In this document: piece after piece, positions 47,893 through 57,429 of the stretch
How the letters are laid out: each line of letters starts with the position of its first letter
How positions within the stretch are numbered: position 1 is the first letter of the stretch
NCBI GenBank assembly: GCA_963827685.1
Contig: CAWHBU010000003.1
Span: forward strand, 160,001-224,000
Length of the DNA: 64,000 bases
Direction of reading: 5' to 3'
Source: an uncultured delta proteobacterium
GTDB taxonomy: Bacteria > Desulfobacterota > BSN033 > UBA1163
Made by a program: the position numbers and the translations under genes
The notes under the pieces: model-generated
The model's input: only the letters and a program-made list of their open reading frames with translations
Told to the model about the DNA's origin: nothing
The model's database searches: none

Positions 47893-48336
47893 TTATTCCA
47901 CCTTGAATTTAACGTCTTTCAGGACTTTTCCTTCGGAGTCCCTGATTTCTACCTTCCAGTCCCCTTTTAATTCCCTTAAATTCTTATTGGCATAGGTCCT
48001 CCATCTCGGACCCATTTTAAGCGGTACGCTGAATTTCAGCATTTCTTTCTCGCCATTAAACCAGACAAAGGAAACCTCCATGTCTTTAGAGATATCGGTT
48101 GCCTCCAAGAAACAGTAGACCTTCTCTGTCGAGGCAGGAAATGTCTCCGCAACCCCTACGGGCTCACCGTTCTCCACTCCCGTTCCAACAACCAACCGTT
48201 TAACTGTGAATGGTGCCGTCTCCTTCGTAGCACCTTCTGGCTTAGCCTTTTCTTGTCCGTAGACCGGGAGGACTATCCCCCATACAGCAATGACCACTAA
48301 AACCAAAATCAATATTCCTGTTCCATGTTTCTTCAT
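47893..48336 (-). CDS. DUF2914-like exported protein
   Basis: Signal peptide, GVENGEPVG, VYCF, RWRTYANK and GDWKVEI. Confidence 0.8.
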   Translation of the reverse strand: MKKHGTGILILVLVVIAVWGIVLPVYGQEKAKPEGATKETAPFTVKRLVVGTGVENGEPVGVAETFPASTEKVYCFLEATDISKDMEVSFVWFNGEKEMLKFSVPLKMGPRWRTYANKNLRELKGDWKVEIRDSEGKVLKDVKFKVE

Positions 48337-48403
48337 CTTTATCTCCTTTCGTTAGAGGTTAGTTTGTAAGCCACCTGCCGATTGAATGTAAGGTTAAGGT
48401 GCA

Positions 48404-48979
48404 TCAGGGGATCAGGGAATAGACCTGTGCCTTCTTCGTCCACTCGCTACTTGCATAATCCTTTTGAAGGACTTCCAACCCTAATTTCAGTTCTTTTGGA
48501 TCGTGGCTTGCTTTATATTTTGAAACTCCTAAATAGTACTGAGCCTCAGGTGCTGCGTCTGCCTTAGGAAACCGAACCAGAATCTCTTGGAAGCACTGTA
48601 TAGCTTCTTCAAAGCGATCAAGATCGAATTCAACTTTGCCCTTGCCGAGGATGATCTGGGCAATGAAATCCTCAGGAGGCAAATACCCGACAAAACGATG
48701 GTGTTCCTCCCCATCCGAATCCAAGATGATGATGGTAGGGGTCCACTTAACGGCATAGCGCTTGACCAGAGCCTTGTTTTTGTTGAAATCAATTTGAAGG
48801 GGAATGAAGTTATTCTCTACAGAGAAACAGACATTGGGATCGGGATAAGTAACAGCTGCCAGCTGTTGGCATCCAATTCAGAGATTGTTATAGAAGTCAA
48901 TCAGGATTAACTTCTTCCCTTTCTTTGCCTTTGCCTTGGTCGTGGTGAGAGAAGTCTCCCACTGAATTTGTTTTCCCAT
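48404..48979 (-). CDS. Selenocysteine-containing thioredoxin-fold (UxxC) protein with C-terminal TPR
   Basis: SD AAGGAGG, then MGKQIQW..LIDFYNNL-TGA(48878-48880)-IGCQQLAAVTYP..WTPT, in frame with ORF 48404-48724. A stem-loop follows the UGA. Confidence 0.88.
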
Positions 48980-49020
48980 AACGAGCCCTCCTTTCGTTGA
49001 ATTTGGTTTTCAAGAAGAAG

Positions 49021-49108
49021 TGTAGGGTGCGTTCCCCGAACGCACCGTTCAAAGGCGTGCCCTGCACCATATTAGGTACAGGGCGTGATCAGGGGATCAC
49101 GCCCTACA
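49021..49108. repeat. GTAG-type REP doublet with inserted CCCTG..CAGGG hairpin
   Basis: tgtagggtgcgttccccgaacgcacc ... gggcgtgatcaggggatcacgccctaca. Confidence 0.75.
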
Positions 49109-49146
49109 AAGTTGGTCGGGATGATCTCGAATCCGATATTCGAGAA

Positions 49147-49341
49147 TCAATCCCTGACGAATCTAAAACAATCTTCCCGGAAGCAACATTGGAATTGATC
49201 GCAATACTCCTTAGCCGTCCCGAAACAGTCAAAATTCCCTTCGGCCTTCTGAATGCCTCGAATCAATTCTGCCTTGGATAATCCAAAGGTGTTTTTCAGT
49301 CCTAAGGCCTTTGCCTTGGCTTTTACTTCCTTTATTTTCAT
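49147..49341 (-). CDS. Small SAP/Rho-N-like domain protein with Cys cluster
   Basis: KAELIRGIQKAEGNFDCFGT..CDQ..CCFREDC. Confidence 0.8.
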   Translation of the reverse strand: MKIKEVKAKAKALGLKNTFGLSKAELIRGIQKAEGNFDCFGTAKEYCDQFQCCFREDCFRFVRD

Positions 49342-49678
49342 TTCGACCCCCACCGTTTGAAAACCTTTGAAACATCAAAAGTGACACCTAATATTCTTTT
49401 CCGATTCTGGTCATTTGTCAAGTCAAATTCGGTCGCCTAAACGCTGAAATATCTGAAAGTTGAGTCTGCACCTTTTTAGTTGGAACTTGGAGAATAGGCC
49501 TAGCGGGAACTTGAGACGTAAATTTATTTTCTAATCAATAAGTTATAAGTACTTTTTTCTTTTGTCCGCTCTTATCGAAAAATACCCTTGGGGGTGCAAC
49601 CCCAGAATACAATTTTTCAGGTGATAATCGACGAAACAAGATTACGAATACCTGGGGACCTTTTGGGGGACCCTTTTG

Positions 49679-49707
49679 TTGACGCCTAAAACAAATTATG
49701 GTAAAGT
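49679..49707 (+). promoter_or_regulatory. Putative sigma70 promoter
   Basis: TTGACG-17 nt-TAAAGT with extended TG. Confidence 0.45.
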
Positions 49708-49779
49708 TGTAAGTGTCGGGTGGATAATTCCCATTTGCTCTAAGCGACTGGCACAATGTAAGAAGTTTGGAATTCTTAT

Positions 49780-50079
49780 ATGAAAAGAAGCCCCATCCAA
49801 ATTTTTCTGGTTATAGCAGTTTCTGTTTTTATTCTGGTATTCCCGGCCTATTTCTGTTGTTCTAATTTAGCAGGAGTTAAACTTCTTTCTAACGACCTGA
49901 GTTTTGAGAGTCCCGATCAAGATGATATATTTTCCTGTCAGAATAATCAATCGAAAGCATTCGTTTCAAGTGTCTTTACCATTAAATTGCTTCCGGAAGC
50001 CATTCTCTTCAACCAGACCTCTCGCTTCTTGCTCTTAGGTTCTTTTCCCGATCACAAAGCCTCGATACTTCGTTGTTAA
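49780..50079 (+). CDS. Hypothetical protein with N-terminal TM segment (possible leader of the tat operon)
   Basis: 99-aa ORF with a hydrophobic N-terminus, ending SILRC. Confidence 0.5.
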   Translation: MKRSPIQIFLVIAVSVFILVFPAYFCCSNLAGVKLLSNDLSFESPDQDDIFSCQNNQSKAFVSSVFTIKLLPEAILFNQTSRFLLLGSFPDHKASILRC

Positions 50080-50226
50080 GAAGATTGGTCACCTTCGATT
50101 CCTAAGCAACCTTTCATGCCCTAATCCGTTCGGGGAGGGGAAAGGCATGACAGGGGTCATATCTTACAACTTTATGTAAAGTGTGCTTAGATTTACTTAC
50201 TTTAGATGATCTAAAGGAGGAAAAAA

Positions 50227-50421
50227 ATGGGAAGCCTTGGAATGCCGGAGTTGATAGTCATCTTAATCATTGCTCTAATCGTTTTCGGTGCTGGCAAGCT
50301 TCCTCAGATTGGGGAAAACCTGGGGAAAGCGATCCGAAACTTCAAAAGTGCGACCGAGAAAGAAAAGATCGACGTGACTCCCAAGAAACCTGAAGAGATT
50401 TCAGGAGAGGGTAAACAGTAG
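50227..50421 (+). CDS. tatA: Twin-arginine translocase TatA
   Basis: [34 protein letters not shown]. Confidence 0.93.
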   Translation: MGSLGMPELIVILIIALIVFGAGKLPQIGENLGKAIRNFKSATEKEKIDVTPKKPEEISGEGKQ

Positions 50422-50482
50422 AAGGTTTTTTTATCCTTCGTGATTTGAATTGTTACTCTTGGAAATTTCAGAAGGAGGTTTT

Positions 50483-50671
50483 ATGCTTGCAGGGCCGGAT
50501 TTGCTGGTTATTTTAGTGATTGCTTTGGTCATTTTTGGTGGCAATAGAATTTCTGAGCTTGGTGCAGGTCTTGGGAAAGGGATTCGAAACTTCAAGAAGG
50601 GTCTTCAAGAAGACGATGCCGAGGCCACACCGAAGAAATTAGAAGACAATTCGAGAAAAAGTAAACAGTAG
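50483..50671 (+). CDS. tatA: Second TatA/TatE paralogue
   Basis: [33 protein letters not shown] after AAGGAGG. Confidence 0.88.
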   Translation: MLAGPDLLVILVIALVIFGGNRISELGAGLGKGIRNFKKGLQEDDAEATPKKLEDNSRKSKQ

Positions 50672-50734
50672 AAGGTTTCTTGTATCCTTCGTGATTTGAA
50701 TTGTTTCTTTTGGAAATCTTGGCAGGGAGGGTTT

Positions 50735-51094
50735 ATGCTTGCAGGACCGGATTTGCTTGTTATCCTGGTGATTGCTCTGATTGTCTTTGGGCCCAAAAAA
50801 CTTCCGGAATTAGCCAGGACCATTGGCAAGGCGATGGGGGAGCTTAAGAAGACAACGGAAGAGGTGAAGGAGAGTATCGGAATTAAAGATTTGGAAAGGA
50901 TGAGAAGCAACTTGACCGGAATGGATCTTCTGGCTGATTTGGCTGAAAAAACATCCGAATACATGACTCTTTCCGACAGTACCAAAGACGCATCGTTGCC
51001 CAAAGAGGAGCCTGTCTCTGAGAAGACATTACCTTTAGCTTCCGTGTCCGTTGGAAATGGGAAAGAGGAAAAGAATCAGAAATCGGGGGGCTAA
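50735..51094 (+). CDS. tatB: TatB-like subunit
   Basis: ALIVFGPKKLPELARTIGKAMGELKK with a long polar tail. Confidence 0.82.
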   Translation: MLAGPDLLVILVIALIVFGPKKLPELARTIGKAMGELKKTTEEVKESIGIKDLERMRSNLTGMDLLADLAEKTSEYMTLSDSTKDASLPKEEPVSEKTLPLASVSVGNGKEEKNQKSGG

Positions 51095-51097
51095 AGG

Positions 51098-51868
51098 ATG
51101 GTTGACAAGGAAGCCCCGTTTGCAACTTATCTCCGCGAGATAAGGAAACGATTGATTCTTTCGTTTATTGCTGTGGGAGTGGGTTTCCTGATCTGCTATG
51201 GTTTTTCCGATTCCATTTTCGAGATCCTTACTGCCCCCCTCATTCGAAGTATTCAAAATATCAACGTCCAAAATATCCATGTTGAGAGTACTTTGATTTT
51301 CCGTACTGTGGCCGAAGCCTTCTTTACCTATATGAAGGTGGGCTTCGTCGCCGGCCTGATGTTGGCCTCTCCCTTTGTTCTTTATCAAATCTGGGGACTT
51401 GTGGGCCGCCGCCTGGATCAAGATAAGAAGAGATATGTCCTATCTTTTGTCCTCGCAGGTTCCTTCTTCTTTGCCCTGGGTATTCTTTTCGGATACTTTG
51501 TTGCCCTCCCCTTCGGATGCAAATTTCTTTTGAAGTATGCCTCTCAATCGATCACGCCCATGCCGGATATGAATGAATATCTCTCCTTTAGCGTTAGATT
51601 TTTATTGACTTTCGGCCTGGTCTTCGAATTTCCTATCCTCTTGCTCATTCTGGCAAGAATCGGAGCAATCAACGCGAAGATGTTGGCCCAAAAGAGAAGA
51701 TATGCCATTCTCCTGATCTTCATCTTCGCCCTGGTTATCGCTCCACCCGATATGATCTCGCAGGTACTCATGGCTCTTCCTCTAATGGGGCTCTATGAGG
51801 TGAGCATTCTACTATGTAAAATATTCGAGAAGAAACACGAGGAGATTCTTACAGATGTGTTTAAATGA
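51098..51868 (+). CDS. tatC: Twin-arginine translocase TatC
   Basis: LREIRKRL, EAFFTYMK, LYQIW, FGLVFEFP, RRYA, PPD and LYEVSI. Confidence 0.92.
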   Translation: MVDKEAPFATYLREIRKRLILSFIAVGVGFLICYGFSDSIFEILTAPLIRSIQNINVQNIHVESTLIFRTVAEAFFTYMKVGFVAGLMLASPFVLYQIWGLVGRRLDQDKKRYVLSFVLAGSFFFALGILFGYFVALPFGCKFLLKYASQSITPMPDMNEYLSFSVRFLLTFGLVFEFPILLLILARIGAINAKMLAQKRRYAILLIFIFALVIAPPDMISQVLMALPLMGLYEVSILLCKIFEKKHEEILTDVFK

Positions 51869-51999
51869 AATATTGACACGCCCGGTTATCTAAGTTAAAG
51901 GAAACCAATCCAGAGGCGAAGCTTTCCTCTGGTTGATGCTTGGTTAATTCTTTTACAGAAAGATGGCCAATTAACGCAGGATAGGTTAGATCTCGCTTA

Positions 52000-52700
52000 A
52001 TGAAATTATCATTCCGATCAAAATGGATGTGGGCAGGAATTATTGGCTTCGTAGGGCTTTTTGCCTTTATTATTTATCGATACAATTCTCAGTTATGGAT
52101 TCTATCAGTCAGACTTTGGGATCTCTTTGAGGATCACCACCGATTAAAAGTATTCATCTCCTCTTTCGGGGTCTATTCTCCTCTGGCTTTTATCCTGCTT
52201 CAAGTTATTCAAGTGGTTGTTGCCCCTATTCCAGGAGGGGCTATAGAATTCTTAGGAGGCTACCTGTTTGGGGTGTGGGCTGGGATGCTCTATTCCATGA
52301 TCGGGCTCATATTGGGGTCCTGGCTTGCCTTCAGCATAGCGAGGATCTTTGAAAAGTGGGCAGTCGAAAAATTTGTTTCACCCAAAACGATAAAAAAATT
52401 TGATTATCTGATTGGTCATGAGGGCGTTATCCTCAGCTTTCTTCTCTTTTTAATCCCAGGATTTCCAAAAGACGCTTTGTGCTACATCTTGGGTCTGACA
52501 CCGATGCATTTAGGCCTTTTCCTGATTATCTCCACTATTGGAAGGATACCCGGAACACTGATGGCTACCCTACAGGAGCGAAGGCTTTTGAGCACCAATA
52601 TAAGCTGTTTTTGATCCTGTCGGCGGCATCCGCACTGGTAATCTTAATCTTTTATATCTACCATGAGCAGATTCATCAATGGATTAAAAGGCTGAGGTAA
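52000..52700 (+). CDS. TVP38/TMEM64 (VTT/DedA-superfamily) membrane protein with a frameshift near 52575
   Basis: QVVVAPIPG, FLIPGFPKDALCYILGLT and GRIPG. The C-terminus GAKAFEHQY.. continues in ORF 52479-52700 if one G is added. Confidence 0.82.
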
Positions 52701-52798
52701 GCTGTGTAGAATAAGAGCGCCCTTCAGATATTGTGAAAACAAAGATTTTCTGAAACTTTGTAGTTTTTGAAATAGAAGAGATATCTAAGGCAGGATTC

Positions 52799-53431
52799 AT
52801 GGATTTAATTAAGGCCTTATTTGAAATCTTAATGCATCTCGATAAACATCTCGATTTGCTCATTCGGAACTACGGTGTTTGGACATATGGGATTCTCTTT
52901 CTCATCATCTTTTTGGAAACCGGATTGGTCGTTACCCCTTTCCTTCCAGGAGACTCCCTGCTTTTTGCCGGAGGCACCTTTGCTGCCCTTGGCTCATTGG
53001 ATACTAAGTGGTTAATCATTTTTCTGTCCATCGCCGCCATTGCAGGAGACACGGTGAATTACTGGATTGGGTACGCTGTCGGTCCAAAGGTATTCACCAA
53101 AGAGAAATCACGTTTCCTAAACAAAAAGCATCTGTATCGCACTCATCGGTTCTATGAAAAATATGGAGGGAAGACAATTATCCTTGCCCGATTCATCCCT
53201 ATCATACGTACTTTTGCACCCTTCGTCGCCGGCATTGGAAGCATGACCTACAGACGTTTTATTATCTACAATATTTCGGGGGGGATTGCCTGGGTTGTGA
53301 TGTTTGTTCTTGGAGGTTATCTCTTTGGAAACATACCGGTCGTCAAGCAGAATTTTTCACTGGTCATCTTTGCCATCATTATTCTTTCTATTCTTCCTGG
53401 TATCATCGAATTCCTTCGCCACCGGGATTAA
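52799..53431 (+). CDS. dedA: DedA family membrane protein
   Basis: [19 protein letters not shown] and [16 protein letters not shown]. Confidence 0.93.
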   Translation: MDLIKALFEILMHLDKHLDLLIRNYGVWTYGILFLIIFLETGLVVTPFLPGDSLLFAGGTFAALGSLDTKWLIIFLSIAAIAGDTVNYWIGYAVGPKVFTKEKSRFLNKKHLYRTHRFYEKYGGKTIILARFIPIIRTFAPFVAGIGSMTYRRFIIYNISGGIAWVVMFVLGGYLFGNIPVVKQNFSLVIFAIIILSILPGIIEFLRHRD

Positions 53432-53437
53432 CCCTTA

Positions 53438-54706
53438 ATGACTCCTACCGTCATTCCAAGAGCTGAACATCCGGTTTCGAGAAAGAGGATCGATGAAGAC
53501 GCTCTCAAAGTCCTCTACCGTCTTCATCATCATGGGTTTTTGGCATACCTCGTAGGAGGAGGCGTCCGGGATCTCCTTCTCGGAAAGGTCCCCAAAGACT
53601 TTGATGTCGCCACGAACGCTCACCCTCATGAGATCAACGCCCTCTTTAAGAATAGTCGCATTATCGGCCGTAGATTTCGACTGGTTCAGGTCTTTTTTAG
53701 GGGAAGAAAGGTGATCGAGGTCGCTACTTGTCGCAGTCACTCGGAATTCGAAGAGACCGTGACCGAAGACGGAAAGATCGCCCGAACGGATAGCTTTGGA
53801 ACACCGGAAGAGGATGCCCTGCGCCGCGACATCACCATTAACGGCCTTTTTTACAATATCGCTAATTTTTCCATTATAGACTATGTCGGTGGAATGGCTG
53901 ACCTCAACCGGCAGGTGATTCGAACCATCGGCGATCCAAATGAAAGATTTAGGCAAGATCCTGTTCGAATGATTCGGGTCATCCGCCATGCCGCCCGAAC
54001 CGGATTCTCTATTGAAGACAAAACTTATGAGGCCATCCTCCATCATCGTGAAGAGATACGAAAATGTTCCCCATCTCGCCTTCGAGATGAGTTCCTGCGG
54101 GAACTGAAAGAAGGCACGGCAAAACCCTCTCTCCAACTGATGCTCCAAACAGGTCTCCTCTTTTCTCTTTTCCCCGATCTCGAGAGGGCTCTTGGAAATC
54201 GCAGCCTTTCTGTGGAAAAGACCCGGCAATTTTTTCTATCTCTCTTCGATCTTGTGGATCAGCTGATCAATACGGGGAGACAGATATCAGAATCGATTCT
54301 TTTCGCCCTCTTTCTAACCCCTTTTCTTCGAGCCGTCACACCTCAACACCTCTTTCTTGGAAAAAGAGAAAAATACTTATACTTGGCACAAACGATCCAT
54401 TGGGCCATCCATCAAATCTTCACTCCATTCTCTTTCCCAAGAGGGGCAAAGGAAATGGCTTACCAGGTTCTAATAGCCCAATCGAATTTAAAGAAATTGA
54501 TGCAAACGGGGGTAATTCCCAAGAGACTGAGAATAAAGAAATATTTCAAGGAGGCAGTTCTTCTGTTTGGGATCGAGGCCCAGGCAAAAGGTGAAAAGAT
54601 CCCTCGCATTCTCCAAAATGCGGTATCCCCTGACTTATTACCGTGGTGGCCAAAAGAAATAAAAAGAAGACACGATACTCGGCACAGGGATAGACGGGAA
54701 CGCTGA
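53438..54706 (+). CDS. pcnB: Poly(A) polymerase I
   Basis: VGGGVRDLLL, KDFDVAT, IIGRRFRLVQV (PAP signature), RRDITIN and DPVRMIR. Confidence 0.9.
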   Translation: MTPTVIPRAEHPVSRKRIDEDALKVLYRLHHHGFLAYLVGGGVRDLLLGKVPKDFDVATNAHPHEINALFKNSRIIGRRFRLVQVFFRGRKVIEVATCRSHSEFEETVTEDGKIARTDSFGTPEEDALRRDITINGLFYNIANFSIIDYVGGMADLNRQVIRTIGDPNERFRQDPVRMIRVIRHAARTGFSIEDKTYEAILHHREEIRKCSPSRLRDEFLRELKEGTAKPSLQLMLQTGLLFSLFPDLERALGNRSLSVEKTRQFFLSLFDLVDQLINTGRQISESILFALFLTPFLRAVTPQHLFLGKREKYLYLAQTIHWAIHQIFTPFSFPRGAKEMAYQVLIAQSNLKKLMQTGVIPKRLRIKKYFKEAVLLFGIEAQAKGEKIPRILQNAVSPDLLPWWPKEIKRRHDTRHRDRRER

Positions 54707-54781
54707 ACCATGTGAGGTGCAGGGCTCCGGTCCTTAATCCCACATGGTTCAGGGGGCACACTATGCCCGGGAACAACGTTT

Positions 54782-54890
54782 CTACTTCATCAGTAGATTA
54801 GGAAGCCAAAGAGCAAGCTGTGGGAAGAAGAATAGCAACGTTCCCGCAACGACAAGACTCATTAAAAAAGGGTGAACCCCGCTGTAAATC
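54782..54890 (-). pseudogene. C-terminal remnant of a TRAP transporter large permease (DctM-like)
   Basis: IYSGVHPFLMSLVVAGTLLFFFPQLALWLPNLLMK matches the DctM terminal helix pattern. The rest of the gene is absent. Confidence 0.65.
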
Positions 54891-54993
54891 ACACAAAAGG
54901 CATCTCGTTGATTCCCTTGACCAGATAGACGACCATCCTCTTCTTTTTTTATTGCCACCATCATGAGCAAAAGGGGGTAAAAACTTCGGAGCG

Positions 54994-55707
54994 TCACTTC
55001 CCTAGGTAGGCGCGTTTGACTCTCTCGTCTTCTAAGAGAATCTTTGTATCTCCTTGAAGAACCATTTCACCCGTCTCCAACACATATCCAAAGACACCAA
55101 TCTTTAAAGCCGCCCTCGCATTCTGTTCCACCAGAAGGATCGTGGCTCCATCTTTATGCAGTTCCCGGATCACCCGGAAAATCTCCCTTACCATTAAGGG
55201 TGCCAAGCCCATGGAAGGTTCATCCATCATCATTAATTTGGGCCGTGACATCAAGGCTCGTCCAATAGCCAGCATCTGTTGCTCTCCCCCACTCAATGTT
55301 CCGGAGAGCTGCCTATGGCGGTTTTTCAAAATCGGAAAGATTGCATAGACCTTCTCCATGTTCTCCCTGATTTCATCTTTGTGCCTTCTATCAAAGTATA
55401 GGTAGGCCCCTAATTTTAGGTTATCAAGAACAGATAAATGGCCAAAAAGTTGCCTTCCTTCTGGAACGAGACAGATTCCCAAGGCCACGATCTCCCCTGG
55501 AAGGAGTCCTGAGAGGAATTTTGCTTCATAGAGAATACTTCCGTTATATTCCGGTATGAGTCCGGAGATGGTCTTGAGTAGCGTAGTCTTGCCAGCGCCG
55601 TTGGCGCCAATAATGGTGACGATATCCCCTTTTTTGACGGAGATAGAGACGTCCTTCAGGGCTTGAATGGCTCCGTAAAAGGTATTCACTCCCCTTACTT
55701 CAAGCAT
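54994..55707 (-). CDS. livF: LivF-like ABC ATP-binding protein
   Basis: GANGAGKT, LSGGEQQMLAIGRALM and DEPSMGLAP. Confidence 0.92.
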   Translation of the reverse strand: MLEVRGVNTFYGAIQALKDVSISVKKGDIVTIIGANGAGKTTLLKTISGLIPEYNGSILYEAKFLSGLLPGEIVALGICLVPEGRQLFGHLSVLDNLKLGAYLYFDRRHKDEIRENMEKVYAIFPILKNRHRQLSGTLSGGEQQMLAIGRALMSRPKLMMMDEPSMGLAPLMVREIFRVIRELHKDGATILLVEQNARAALKIGVFGYVLETGEMVLQGDTKILLEDERVKRAYLGK

Positions 55708-56494
55708 ACTCGATCTCCACTCCGAGATAGGCATCGATCACTTTCTGATCTATTCTTACCTGTTCCGGTGTTCCCTCGGCAATCTTCTGCCCATAGTTCA
55801 GGACGACAATCTCATCGGAAATGTCCATTACCAAGTCCATATGGTGTTCTACTAAAAGTACTGTAATTCCACTTCCCCGAATTTTTCTGATGATCTCAGC
55901 TATCCTCAACATTTCGGTTTCGTTCAGACCAGCTGCTGGCTCATCTAAGAGGATCAGTTTGGGGTCAGTCGCCAAAGCCCTTGCGACTTCGAGGAGTTTT
56001 CGTTCCCCGAGAGGCAGGTCAGAAGCCGGCTCCTTGGCCTTTTGCATCAAACCGACTAAGTCCAGTTTCTCTTGAGCCGTCTCGAAAATGAACCTCTCCT
56101 CCCTCTTCACTCCTGGGAGCCTCAGCCCAGATCGGATAAGGCCCATTTTTGTTCGGATGTGACGACCCACCATCACATTTTCCAAAACGGTCATATTTCC
56201 GAAGAGTTCAACGGTCTGAAAGGTTCGGGAGATTCCTTTCTGTGCGATGCAATGAGGTTTCTCGCCGTTAATCTCCTTCCCTTTAAACCGGATAGCTCCT
56301 CCTGTGGGAGGGAGGATTCCAGTAATGATGTTAAAGAGGGTGGTCTTTCCAGCGCCGTTTGGCCCGATGATCGCCTTGATCTGGCCAGGCATGACCGCGA
56401 AACTGAGGTCAACGATGGCCATCAGACCCCCGAAGATCTTTTTCAATTGTAAGGTTTCCAGGATAGGGAGTGTCACTATTTTTTCTTTATCCAT
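55700..56494 (-). CDS. livG: LivG-like ABC ATP-binding protein
   Basis: GPNGAGKTT, LLDEPAAG and VEHHM. Confidence 0.92.
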   Translation of the reverse strand: MDKEKIVTLPILETLQLKKIFGGLMAIVDLSFAVMPGQIKAIIGPNGAGKTTLFNIITGILPPTGGAIRFKGKEINGEKPHCIAQKGISRTFQTVELFGNMTVLENVMVGRHIRTKMGLIRSGLRLPGVKREERFIFETAQEKLDLVGLMQKAKEPASDLPLGERKLLEVARALATDPKLILLDEPAAGLNETEMLRIAEIIRKIRGSGITVLLVEHHMDLVMDISDEIVVLNYGQKIAEGTPEQVRIDQKVIDAYLGVEIEYA

Positions 56495-57417
56495 CTCACC
56501 ATGACAGTCAATCCTTTGAGTATACCTTCTGGCATGAATAGAAGAATGGCCATCAGGATGATTCCATAAATCAAGATGTCAAAATCCTTAAATGCCCTCA
56601 AATATTCCGGTAGGATCGTCAATATCCCTGCTCCCAATAAGGCTCCCCAAATGCTCACTCCTCCTCCAATCACCACCATCATTAATAACAGGATGGAGAC
56701 AAAAAGGCCGAAGGTAGGAGGACTGATAAAGGTGATGAAATGGGCGTAGAGTGATCCTGCAACTGAGGCATAGAGGGCGCTCAGCACGAAAACCTGGATT
56801 TTAAACTGGCTCACATTCACACCCATCGCCTCTGCAGCAATTTCGCTCCCGTGGACCGCCCGTAAGGCCCTCCCAATCCTTGAATGGATGACATTCAGAG
56901 AGAAAATAAGGAGAAGGATTACAATGGTCCAGACCAAATAGAAATATCTTGCCCCTCCTTTGAAGGAATAACCAAAAAAATAAATGGGAGGGATACCAGA
57001 AAGTCCGGATGGCCCACCGGTAATTCCCAAGAGTTCATTGAAGATGATATAAATGATTTCACCGAAGCCGAGTGTAGCCACTGCCAGATAATGGCCCTTC
57101 AATTTTAATGTAGGGATCGCAATGGCCATGGCCATGATCGCGGATAGAAAGAGGCCGCAGAGGAAGGCTGTAAATATTGAGAACCCAAATTTAACAGTAA
57201 GGACTCCGCTACAGTAAGCGCCGATCCCTAAAAAGGCAGCATGGCCCAATGAGATCTGACCAGCATAGCCCATCAGGAGACTCAATCCCATCACGGTGAT
57301 GGCATTGATTCCAATAAAGATCATGATGCTGAGGTAATAATCGCTTCGGATAAAAAAGGGGAAAATACCTAAGCAGATCGTAAGAATGATGAGGGTTCTA
57401 ATATTCTCCTTCCCCAT
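56476..57417 (-). CDS. livM: LivM-like ABC permease
   Basis: GYAGQISLGHAAF, LKGHYLAVATLGFGE and PEGI. Confidence 0.92.
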   Translation of the reverse strand: MGKENIRTLIILTICLGIFPFFIRSDYYLSIMIFIGINAITVMGLSLLMGYAGQISLGHAAFLGIGAYCSGVLTVKFGFSIFTAFLCGLFLSAIMAMAIAIPTLKLKGHYLAVATLGFGEIIYIIFNELLGITGGPSGLSGIPPIYFFGYSFKGGARYFYLVWTIVILLLIFSLNVIHSRIGRALRAVHGSEIAAEAMGVNVSQFKIQVFVLSALYASVAGSLYAHFITFISPPTFGLFVSILLLMMVVIGGGVSIWGALLGAGILTILPEYLRAFKDFDILIYGIILMAILLFMPEGILKGLTVMVRWIKKK

Positions 57418-57429
57418 TTTACCTCATCC

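Noticed and set aside
52575-52576. Frameshift in the VTT-family gene as a real pseudogene
   Set aside because: A single missing G with an otherwise intact sequence; probably an error.
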